Assembly: GCA_905178155.1 (NCBI GenBank)
Contig: CAJINV010000045.1
Location: 7,274-19,642, forward strand
DNA length: 12,369 nt
Direction of reading: 5' to 3'
Source: Amoebophrya sp. A120
Taxonomy: Eukaryota; Protista; Dinoflagellata
In this document: positions 1 through 7,702 of the stretch, piece after piece
Numbering within the stretch: position 1 is the first letter of the stretch
Layout of the letters: each line of letters begins with the position of its first letter
Translations under genes and position numbers: made by a program
Notes under the pieces: generated by a model
What the model was told of the DNA's origin: nothing
Seen by the model: the letters and a program-made list of their open reading frames with translations, nothing else
Databases searched by the model: none

Positions 1-8
1 ACTTCGTG

Positions 9-260
9 GCCATAGAATCAGCCTCTGCTTCCAGGAGGTCGATTCTATGCCTCCGGAAATTTCGCGACCATAAAATCAACCTCTGCTTCCAAAAGGTTGA
101 CTCTGTGTCTGCGAAAATTTCGGAGCAATCAAATCAGCCTCTGCTTCCAAGAGGTCGATTTTATGGCCGCGAAATTTCACGACGATAAAATCAACCTCTG
201 CTTCCAACAGGTTGAGTCGGTTTTCGCGAAAATTCCGCGGCCATAAAATCGACCTCTGCT
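9..260. repeat. 58-bp-period tandem array of hairpin-forming units (about 4.5 copies; may extend left of the window)
   Basis: Core CCTCTGCT(TCCA) starts at 22, 80, 138, 195 and 253 (spacing 58/58/57/58). Each unit is an imperfect palindrome, e.g. CATAGAATC..CCTC..GAGG..GATTCTATG, followed by a CG(C/G)AAA(A)TTT linker. Confidence 0.9.
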
Positions 261-279
261 CGCCCGACGTTCGATCCCA

Positions 280-452
280 TATCCTGGATTCTAGATTTGC
301 AAAAGATCAGCCTATTCCCGGGCATAGGTCGTTTTTATGTGCGACGAAATTCAGGATCTTGCACTGTGGCCGTGATTCTAAATTTCTCCACACATAAAAA
401 CAACCTCCCCCCCGGAATAGGTTGTTTTTATTTAAATCTAGAATCCAAGATA
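280..452. mobile_element. MITE-like TAT...ATA element (family K, 173 bp)
   Basis: Left TATCCTGGATTCTAGATTT pairs with right AAATCTAGAATCCAAGATA. Imperfect arms extend about 60 bp (GTCGTTTTTATGTG / CACATAAAAACAAC). Flanks TCCCA/TGCAA match only 3/5, so any TSD is degenerate. Confidence 0.75.
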
Positions 453-590
453 TGCAACGGAACGTCGCCCCCATCCCCGGCAAGCGACCGCCTCGCCGTA
501 TCACGCAGCGCGTGTTCGACATGCAACGGAACGTACGTCGCGCCAGCCCCCGGCCCACCGCGTCGCCCTGTCACGCAGCGCGTGTGCGAC
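452..590. repeat. Diverged tandem duplication of about 69 bp
   Basis: ATGCAACGGAACGT...TCACGCAGCGCGTGT(T/G)CGAC starts at 452 and again at 521. Confidence 0.85.
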
Positions 591-1152
591 AACACGCGCG
601 CCGGAGCGCAGGAGAGGCTGGGTCTAAGGTCTCGAGCCGTGAGTATAAGTAGGATCCCTGAGTGTAGGACAAGGACAGTCTTAAAAAAATAGTGTAGGAC
701 TCCCATGCACCTAAAACGGCCGAAATAAAGCTAGGGCGACACGGCGGCCGCTAGGTAGCCCGGTCCGGAAACTCGTTGGCGGAAGGACGTTGCGACGGGC
801 GCAGCCTCTTGCTTGGCAGGGCTACTGGGGTGGCCCATGGCCTTTCCTACTTACTTGTGGCCTTTCTTGGTCTTGCCTCTTTCGCAGCGCTTTCGCGAGC
901 GGTTTCGACTTTGCAGCTGCCAGCTTTTGGCTATGGTGCGTAGTGAAAGGCGGTCAGCTTACAAAGGAAAGGACTTCTCCTCTCCAAATACCGAGGCCCT
1001 GCTCCCCAAATGCACTCACAGTGCTGCGGCGGCCCTTTGTAGTAAATATTTTCCGCTCTGTCCCAGGCCAACAGAGGCGCAAGCTCGCGGGGCATGGATT
1101 TCGCAGGACTTTACGGCATTGCCGCTTATTTGAAGTTTTAGAGTAGACCACT

Positions 1153-1360
1153 TGGGTCGAGCCGTGCTCCAGCACTGCGACGAGAGGTCGCAGCGCCGGG
1201 TGCAACAGAGGCTGCAACAGCAGAGGTCGCTAGCGGGTACTTAATGACGGCTCGCTACGAGGGGCGAGCGTGCGCCCTCCCCTCGCAAAGCTCGCTCGGC
1301 CACTACGTCGCCGGAAGAAGGGGCTACGACGAGCCCCTGGATTCTACATATTCGCGCCAT
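1153..1360 (+). repeat. Segmental duplication, block 1 copy A (paralog 6218-6390)
   Basis: TGGGTCGA(G/A)CCGTGCTCCAGCACTGCG(A/C)CGAGAGGTCGCAGCGCCGGG(T/C)GCAACAGAGGCTGCAACA...CAGAGGTCGCTAGCGGG, then GGCCACT(A/G)CGTCGCCGGA and TATTCGCG, occur in the same order at both loci. Confidence 0.9.
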
Positions 1361-2471
1361 AGACGTCAGGATGTGCCTTGCGAGTCGTGTGTGAACTCAA
1401 CGCCACTTCACATCCACCACGGGAAGAGGCCTATTTAGCAACCCGAGGCCCAACATTCATGAATTCCGAGTAAGAATTCGCGAAAGCTGCCGACTTTGAT
1501 GCCGGGCTCGGGGCCGGACTTTCGCGAATTCCGAAACGGAATTCATGAAAACTACGGCCGATTCCTGAGTCCCAAGTTTGGCGAATTCCGACCCCGGAAT
1601 CCACGGAAACCACCTGCCCCGAGCTTCAATTCCAAGCTGGGGAAGGGCTGAGCATTGATACCCGGCCCAGGAAAGTTTCCAGGGCGAGAGTTTGGCGGGA
1701 TCAAAGTTGGGATTCTGGAATCGCCCCTGCACTTTGGTAAAACTCGATGAGCGCGACAAGGTGTGCCCGTTCTTTGTTCAGCACAGGCAAAGCACCAGAA
1801 CTATGGCACGACGAGAATGGGTCAGCGCCTTAATCATGCGCCAGCCCTTAGTAAATTCGCTAGCTAGCCGCGCAGTGGAAAGCTCCACAAAAATGCCAAG
1901 CATGTCGCTATTCCTCTCCTATAAAGCGCCCCGCTTTCAATAGCGGAAAAGATCCAGAAAAATGCAGCATCTCATCGCTTCTTCTGAACAAACAGGCTAT
2001 CATATCAACAGCTAATTTCCAGCAATACAAATGACAATGTCGAAACTTCGCCGAAGTAACGGTCTTCAGCTGAAGAGGGAAAGTCCGACGAGCGCTCAAC
2101 GCCCCTTCATCATCTCCCCGTCGTTCCTTCGTCATACTAAACCACCCCAGCACCATAACTAAGTACGTAACAAATGCCTACCACAGCGGGTCGATTGGCA
2201 AAAGTGTGCCTATCACTTGCCGATGGGTATACGAAAAGTACGTCAGTCCCTGCCTCTTTACTTTTTCTTGCCCCCCTTTCCACCGCCACCGGTGGAAAGG
2301 GGGGAAGGGGGGCGATCAAAACGTGTCAACTACAATGGGGGGATCATCAATATCATCTCTCATCGATCGTTTTTGCTGAGTGCAAGCTATTTTGGTAGAG
2401 GGCGACTATTTCTGTTTTTGGAGTATTCGCGCCATAGACGTCAGGATGTGCCTTGCGAGTCGTGTGTGAAC
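1349..2471 (+). repeat. Exact 48-bp direct repeats (1349-1396 and 2424-2471) flanking a 1027-bp unique segment
   Basis: TATTCGCGCCATAGACGTCAGGATGTGCCTTGCGAGTCGTGTGTGAAC is identical at both positions. Confidence 0.95.
1456..1549. repeat. Symmetric inverted repeat / hairpin
   Basis: TTCATGAATTCCG-n5-GAATTCGCGAAAG (1456-1486) pairs with CTTTCGCGAATTC-n5-CGGAATTCATGAA (1519-1549). This gives two perfect 13-bp stems around a 32-nt loop. Confidence 0.85.
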
Positions 2472-2493
2472 ATAAAAAAGGGTGACCAACATC

Positions 2494-2842
2494 AAGCCGC
2501 GAACGCTTCTCTACTAGCATGCGAGCGTCATCTTCGCCTCCCTCCTACCAGTTCGCGCACCGCCATCGGCGTAGGCATTGGCTGTGTGTCTGCTCCTGCT
2601 GCGCTCCCCCGCTGTCCTCCATTTATTTTCATTTTTGTAGGCAGAAATTCTGGCCGTGGCCACCGCCGCCACGGGAGAACAAAAGTGGGGTCCTTCCTTC
2701 CACAGAGGTGGTTGGCCCATAAAAATTCCGGCCCTGCTCACGAGGTTCGCGCTGGTGCTGCGCGACCTAGTAGTCCTATTTGTGATCATGCCTAGAATGT
2801 GATCGATCTGGAGTGCGTTATGCTTAGAATATGAGAATGAAT
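2494..2842 (+). repeat. Segmental duplication, block 2 copy A (paralogs about 7291-7590 and, in part, 3333-3745)
   Basis: GCTTCTCT..AGCATGCG..CATCTTCGCCTCCCTC..CATCGGCGT.GGCATTGGCTG..TTTTTGTAGGCA..CCACGGGAGAACAAAA..CCACAGAGGTGGTT..GCTCACGAGGTTCGCGCTGGTGCTGCGCGACCTAGT is collinear with 7291-7512. GATCTGGAGTGCGTTATGCTTAGAATATGAGAATGAATTA recurs at about 3677-3716. Confidence 0.9.
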
Positions 2843-3055
2843 TATAGAAGAAAAAAGTGTTACAACAGTTACACATTGTCATGCAAGACTGGCAACAGAG
2901 ACAACCTTTCTCATGCAGGAAATGCTTCGGAGCCTCCTTTCCTTCCTGTTTTCCCTTATGATCTTCGCATTACAAGTTTTCTCTCTCATGCAGAGAAAAT
3001 TTGTGTTGCGGAATTGACAACAAATGTGTAACTGTAACACTTTTTTCGTGGGATA
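2843..3055. mobile_element. Degenerate MITE-like TAT...ATA element (family J-related, about 213 bp)
   Basis: Left TATAGAAGAAAAAAGTGTTACAACAGTTACACATT vs reverse complement of the right end TATCCCACGAAAAAAGTGTTACAGTTACACATT. The right terminus TTTTTTCGTGGGATA is shared with 3104-3313. No TSD (TGAAT/ACAGC). Confidence 0.7.
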
Positions 3056-3103
3056 ACAGCTTGCGTCGCTTTGATATTTCCACTTCACTTTGTTTTGCTC
3101 CCG

Positions 3104-3313
3104 TATCGCAAGAAAAAACTGTTTCACTGTGAACTTGTGATGCAGAGAATGGAGCACGGAACGATTTGTCTTGCTACGCCTGCAAGACATTGGATTTTTT
3201 AGCGTGTTTTCCCTTGGGAAGCGCACAATGCAAATTTTCTGTGTCATGTGTATACAAACCTGAGATGCAGATCTTGCAAGATCATCACAGTAAAACAGTT
3301 TTTTCGTGGGATA
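3104..3313. mobile_element. MITE-like TAT...ATA element, family J (210 bp), 5-bp TSD TCCCG
   Basis: TATCGCAAGAAAAAACTGTTTCACTGTGA ... TCACAGTAAAACAGTTTTTTCGTGGGATA. TCCCG at 3099-3103 and 3314-3318. An inverted full-length paralog lies at 11605-11813. Confidence 0.92.
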
Positions 3314-3374
3314 TCCCGCACAATACCCCCAGGGCTCACGAGGTTCTTCGCGCTGGTGGTGATGTCTGGCGACC

Positions 3375-3631
3375 TATCAAATGTAAAAAAGTTTGGGTCT
3401 GGAAACTTGTAATGCTAAAAGTGAATGGTAGACGCACTGCAATACGCACCTACGCATGACAAATTTTTTGGCTGCCATGTCTTACGTATTCCGCATGGCA
3501 AAGGCAAACTGGGTTTTTGCATGACAGGCAAGAGGGCCTTTTCGCGCCTATGCAACACAGATTTTCGAGCCATGCCAGACAAGCATGACAAACTTGCATT
3601 CTTCCAGACCCAGACATTTTTGCAATCCATA
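3375..3631. mobile_element. MITE-like TAT...ATA element, family A (257 bp), 5-bp TSD CGACC
   Basis: TATCAAATGTAAAAAAGTTTGGGTCTGGAA ... TTCCAGACCCAGACATTTTTGCAATCCATA. CGACC at 3370-3374 and 3632-3636. Empty sites (GCGCGACCTAGT) are seen at about 2760-2771 and about 7497-7508. Confidence 0.95.
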
Positions 3632-3666
3632 CGACCTAGTCCTATTTGTGCAGTTGATGCCTAGAA

Positions 3667-4320
3667 TTATGTGACCGATCTGGAGTGCGTTATGCTTAGA
3701 ATATGAGAATGAATTAGGTACCTTGTGGGCGACAGGAACGTCGCACCTCCTCTCCATCTCGTGTACAAAGATTCACTCCAACCGTCGTATGGATTGCAAA
3801 TATGTCTGGGTCTTGAAGGTTGCAAGACTTGTGATGCAGGTTTACCATGACCTATGAGGTCTGGAATGCATGACCTAGCATAAAAAAAAAAAAAAAGAAA
3901 ACCTAATAATGCCTATTCCGCATGACAAATGCCCTCCCGCGAAGCACAAACTGGAGCCCTATAATTGCTTGTCATGCAATACAGATTTTTTTAGAATCCG
4001 AAGACAGCATCACAAGTTCGCATCCTTCCAGACCCAGACATTTTTACATTTGATACGTCGAACCAGGGAACGAAAATTAAAACGCAAGCACCGCCTGCGA
4101 GGACGAGAAATATGAGGAGAAGGATGAGCACGCACTTTTTCGTGCAGCAGTCTTGGCAACAGCCCCCGTGGGCGGGGGTTTTTTCAACATTTTCCGTCTC
4201 CTGTTCAACGTGCTGTCCCACTGCGTTATCTTCCGCGCTCAGCAGTAGAGCCGCACTCTCGTCCCGGGCGGCTGCAGCTGGGTAGTACGTGGAGATCGAG
4301 TTGTTTTTATGCACTCTCAT
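3667..4320 (-). CDS. Putative small single-pass (type II-like) membrane protein interrupted by a TIR element; reconstructed join 4320-4061 + 3787-3667 = 126 aa. It may be a pseudogene or the first exon(s) of a longer gene
   Basis: MRVHKNNSISTYYPAAAARDESAALLLSAEDNAVGQHVEQETENVEKTPAHGGCCQDCCTKKCVLILLLIFLVLAGGACVLIFVPWFD has a hydrophilic N-terminus, a Cys cluster, KK and a long hydrophobic helix. After removing 3788-4055 plus one TSD it reads on as GWSESLYTRWRGGATFLSPTRYLIHSHILSITHSRSVT*. A canonical donor-like AAG|GTACCT at about 3721 could end the exon earlier. No homolog recognised. Confidence 0.5.
3788..4055. mobile_element. MITE-like TAT...ATA element, family A (268 bp), 5-bp TSD CGTCG, inserted in the membrane-protein ORF
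   Basis: TATGGATTGCAAATATGTCTGGGTCTTGAAGG ... CCTTCCAGACCCAGACATTTTTACATTTGATA. CGTCG at 3783-3787 and 4056-4060. Confidence 0.95.
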
Positions 4321-4342
4321 ATCGATATTTTCCCGCCGGACA

Positions 4343-4708
4343 TATGAACTACACAAGTATCGTACTCGTATAAGTGCATTTCTCAGCATGAGAGATAAAA
4401 TTTGCAATGCTGACTGACTGACTGAGCTTCTGCGTTATCCTGACATCCTGACATGGCACGCCCGGCATGCGAGTTACGCACTTCTGATGGTGCAGCACAA
4501 GTGCTACCGCCAGCACTACACTTCTGATGGTGCACGTCTGTTCTTTTCTTCTTTCAAAAAAACTCTTTCAGATGTGCAGCGTTTTGTTATCTATGTGCCC
4601 GAGGATTGCTCCTCTACCCTGACTGATTTGCAATGCTGATTTACCTTAACAAAAAGATTTGTTGTAATGCATGACTGCAATACGAATCCGATACTTTTGC
4701 ACAGGATA
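4343..4708. mobile_element. MITE-like TAT...ATA element, family I (366 bp including a nested insert), 5-bp TSD GGACA
   Basis: TATGAACTACACAAGTATCGTACTCGTAT ... ATACGAATCCGATACTTTTGCACAGGATA. GGACA at 4338-4342 and 4709-4713. Confidence 0.88.
4400..4639 (-). mobile_element. Nested 212-bp insert with 14-bp direct repeats and a (TCAG)n tail; possible retroposed (SINE/LINE-like) fragment
   Basis: ATTTGCAATGCTGA at 4400-4413 and 4626-4639. (CTGA)3 abuts the left copy. The segment is absent from the sibling element at 4762-4912. Confidence 0.55.
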
Positions 4709-4761
4709 GGACAGTTCGATCGTCGTGAAGGAGCTGGCGCGGAGTTCTAACTATAGAAAGC

Positions 4762-4912
4762 AATCCTGTGCAAAAGTATCGTACTCGTATTGCAGTCATG
4801 CATTACAAATCTTTTTGTTAAGTCACATACGCATATACTTACAAATTTTAATTGCTCAATCTCATGCTGAGGGAATTTGTCATGCATTTATACGATACTT
4901 TTGCAGTTCATA
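4762..4912. mobile_element. Family I element (151 bp), inverted relative to 4343-4708, without the nested insert
   Basis: AATCCTGTGCAAAAGTATCGTACTCGTATTGCAGTCATGCATTACAAATCTTTTTGTTAAG is close to the reverse complement of 4646-4708. Right end is CGATACTTTTGCAGTTCATA. The left terminus reads AAT and there is no clean TSD. Confidence 0.8.
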
Positions 4913-4939
4913 TGCAGGCCGCGGAGAAAGCGAGTCGCG

Positions 4940-5246
4940 TATCGTAAGGAAAAATCCACCCCCGTCCCCACATCGAGAGGAAAATTTGCGATGCTTTGTC
5001 TTGCGTACAAGGCAAGCGGAACCCTTGTGGCGCATTGTTCAGCGAGTCTGTCATGCGTTTTCGCCTAATATGTCAGCCTTGTTTCACATGCTCAGCTGCT
5101 AGCCGGGCGCGCAGCACCCAAATGGGCTATAGAATTATATGCAGACAAGCTCTTGCTGCAATTACAAAGCTCATTTGCGTAGTACACGAATCCACCAACA
5201 CAAATCGTCTTTTGAATATGGGGTGGGGGCTTTTTTCACTTTGATA
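4940..5246. mobile_element. Degenerate MITE-like TAT...ATA element, family H (about 307 bp)
   Basis: Right end ATATGGGGTGGGGGCTTTTTTCACTTTGATA is nearly identical to the right end of 11221-11544. Left TATCGTAAGGAAAAATCCACCCCCGTCCCCACATCG is a decayed TIR. Flanks TCGCG/TCTTG match 3/5. Confidence 0.72.
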
Positions 5247-5280
5247 TCTTGAAGTTCGGTTTTCGTTTTGGTATTCGTAA

Positions 5281-5863
5281 TATCAAATGTAAAAATGTCT
5301 GGGTCTGGAAAAATACAAGATTTGTGATGCAGGTTTTCCATGACTCATGAGGTCTGGAATGCGAGACCCAGCATGACAGATTCTTTGAGGGCTCTATCAT
5401 GCCTTTCCTGCATGAGAAACTCCCTCTCAACTTGGTCAAAAGCGGACAGCTTTTGGCACTCATGCAAAACAAATTTTTGCATGCTTCAGATTTAGCATGA
5501 CAAGTTGCAATCTTCCAGACCCAGACACTTTTACACTTGATAGTGCTGGTGGAGGCACGTCGAATTCCTCCCGCCCCACCGGGTGGCAGGTCGCGCCCAC
5601 CTATCCATTGCAAAAGTGTCTGGGTCTGGAAGATTGCCAGGTTTGTCATGCATATTTTGAATGGCCGATGATGTCTGTGATGCATGCCCTAGCATCACAG
5701 ATTTTCAGAGGACTTTGTGGTGCCTCTACCGCATGAGAAATGCCCTCTTCACGTAGCACAAACTGGAGTCCTTTTGCTGGTCATGCAATACAAATTTTTT
5801 AGAATCCAGAGACAGCATTACAGGTTTAGAATCTTCCAGACCCAGACATTTTTACATTTGATA
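5281..5863. mobile_element. Composite element: two 262-bp family A MITEs (5281-5542, 5602-5863) around a 59-bp spacer, with outer 5-bp TSD CGTAA
   Basis: Both units carry TAT..AAAA(A/G)TGTCTGGGTCTGGAA TIRs. CGTAA at 5276-5280 and 5864-5868. Inner flanks GTGCT and CCACC match neither CGTAA nor each other. Confidence 0.9.
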
Positions 5864-6217
5864 CGTAATGCGTGTTTCTCTTCACCGCTTCGGCTTCCGC
5901 CCTGTTGGTACCTGATCCATGATGTGACTTGGGTAGCATCTTGGTGATCATCGTGAGGCGAACACAAACTACTTCCCAAATCCCCGCAGTTCTGCGGCCG
6001 CATGGGGCCGCTGCTCTAGTCCGTATGTTCTCAACAAAAGGCCACGACACCCTTCACAGTGGTGGAACAACTCCGGCTCTGTATAAAGTGTATCTGCGCT
6101 GCTTCGCAGCGTCTTTTGTGCTACTAGATACAGTAGCGAGGCGTGCAGCAGGGACCGCGCCGCGACGTCCGCGCCACAGAGGTGGCTGCGGGCGTCGCAC
6201 TTGTCCGCCCACAGACG

Positions 6218-6413
6218 TGGGTCGAACCGTGCTCCAGCACTGCGCCGAGAGGTCGCAGCGCCGGGCGCAACAGAGGCTGCAACAAGTCCCGAACCCTCCC
6301 CAACAGAGGTCGCTAGCGGGCAGTGGCGGGCCACTGCGTCGCCGGAGAGAGGGGCCACGAGCTCGCTAAATTATATATATTCGCGTCAAGATGAGTAAAC
6401 AAGCCGCGCGTGC
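6218..6413 (+). repeat. Segmental duplication, block 1 copy B
   Basis: Collinear with 1153-1360, then AAGCCGCG as at about 2494. Confidence 0.88.
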
Positions 6414-7284
6414 TATCAAAGGAGCAAATGAATCACTTCACATCTGAATCATAGGGCCAAAAAAAAAATTTTTTTAATGTATTTCAAGTAACAAATCATG
6501 TGGCTTTCACTTATGAATGATTGCGTTGATATGATGCAGAATGCAAACCAGGTACGGCAGAAGAAGGCTCTGCTGTTGAGCTTCTTAATTAAACTAGGTA
6601 GTTGATAGCTGCAGGAAGATCTAGTTAAATAAGTAGCTGAAGATCATGGTTTATTTAATGAAAAAACAAAGAAAAGTAAAGGGATTTCGCCTGGTGGCTT
6701 CCGGCAGGCAGCCTCCCGCCAGGCTGGAGGAGCTGGGACGTCGCCAACGTGGAGCTCTGCGGGGAAGAATGTGTGCTTCTTCTGCCGGAGGGCTGGAACT
6801 CCGTGACGAAGCAGCCCAACGGATTCGGGCGAATCCGTTGGCCTGCTTCGTCACGGAGTACCAGCTCCGAATCCGTTGGGCTGCTTCGTCACGGAGTGCC
6901 AGCTCTTCGGCTCATTGGCGGTTTATGTCTCCCAGCAGCTCTCCACATTGGAGGCGTAGCAGCTCCTCGCTCCAGCTTGGCGAGAGGCTGCCGGCCGGAA
7001 GCCACAAGGCGAAATCCTTCTAATATTCTTTGTTTTTTCATCAAATAAACCATGATCTTCAGCTAGCTACTTATCTAGATCGTCCTGCAGCTATCAACTA
7101 TCTAGTTCAAAATCAAAGCTCTTCATTTGAGCCTTCAAAACTGCCATTCTGGTGGCATATTCGCATCGTCATCATGTGCATACAACTGAAGTCATTTCTT
7201 CATGCTAAGCTATATTAATACTCAAAAATTTTTTTTTTTGGCCCTATGATTCAGATGTGAAGTGATTTAGTTGCTCCTTTGATA
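6414..7284. mobile_element. 871-bp foldback TAT...ATA element (family C)
   Basis: TATCAAAGGAGCAAATGAATCACTTCACATCTGAATCATAGGGCCAAAAAAAAAA pairs with TTTTTTTTTTGGCCCTATGATTCAGATGTGAAGTGATTTAGTTGCTCCTTTGATA. Inner arms about 6592-6735 and 6960-7108 also pair, and a central hairpin lies at about 6793-6864. Flanked by GTGC/GTGC (4 bp). Absent from the paralogous site at about 2494-2510. Confidence 0.92.
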
Positions 7285-7290
7285 GTGCGT

Positions 7291-7702
7291 GCTTCTCTAG
7301 CATGCGCGCGCCATCTTCGCCTCCCTCTCCAGATTGATTGCGCACCGACATCGGCGTGGGCATTGGCTGCGCGTCTCCTGTGCTCCCCCGGTGTCGTCCA
7401 TTTTTGTAGGCAAGGGCTGGCCACGGGAGAACAAAAATGGGGCCACAGAGGTGGTTAGTAACCCATTCTGGCGCTCACGAGGTTCGCGCTGGTGCTGCGC
7501 GACCTAGTCCTAGCTATCATCTGTGATGCCGAGCATGAGATGTCTGGAAAAATGCAATGCCTAGATTGGGAATCAAGTAGGTACCTTGTGGGCGGCCGGA
7601 GCGCACGCGTTTCTCTTCGTTCACCGCAGGAATTGCGTGTTTCTCTTCACCGCTTCCGCTTCGTGTTTGTTGTCTAGATTGGGAATGAATTAGGTACCTT
7701 GT
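7291..7702 (+). repeat. Segmental duplication, block 2 copy B, including a 113-bp tandem duplication whose second unit is split by the 7703-8611 element and resumes at 8612-8690
   Basis: CTAGATTGGGAAT..TAGGTACCTTGT at 7561 and 7674. TGCGTGTTTCTCTTCACCGCTTCCGCTTCGTGTTT at about 7634 and about 8653, with a partial copy at about 5869. Confidence 0.88.

Noticed and set aside
9-260. CRISPR array
   Set aside because: The putative spacers are similar to each other and palindromic, repeats are degenerate, and no cas-like ORF is present. It is a tandem repeat.
661-700. AGTGTAGGAC direct repeat (661, 691) as a TSD or element end
   Set aside because: Only 10 bp, 30 bp apart, with no associated TIR or partner.
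1431-2320. Intact membrane-protein gene on the minus strand of the 1-kb insert
   Set aside because: Requires several arbitrary frameshifts and has no recognisable family motif, so it was not called.
2514-2882. Downstream exon of the membrane-protein gene in the duplicated block
   Set aside because: The paralog at about 7300-7510 has many indels and an early stop in the equivalent frame, so coding is not conserved.
3375-3636. Tc1/mariner-type TA target duplication as the explanation for the TA at element ends
   Set aside because: A separate 5-bp duplication lies outside the TA/TAT on both sides in seven insertions, and the family D empty site (CCTTGTGGG) has no TA at the insertion point.
3991-4407. 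138-aa ORF exactly as given in the track
   Set aside because: Its N-terminus lies in element 4343-4708 and its C-terminus in element 3788-4055. Only about 4056-4342 is host sequence.
3375-5863. Repeat-domain protein (recurring FQTQTFL, KCKNVWVWK, SNVKMSGSGR in the ORF track)
   Set aside because: These are translations of the family A TIR in different frames and strands, bounded by TSDs and full of stops.
6646-7048. ORFs within the foldback element
   Set aside because: Mirror-image translations from a GC-rich palindrome, with no transposase motifs.
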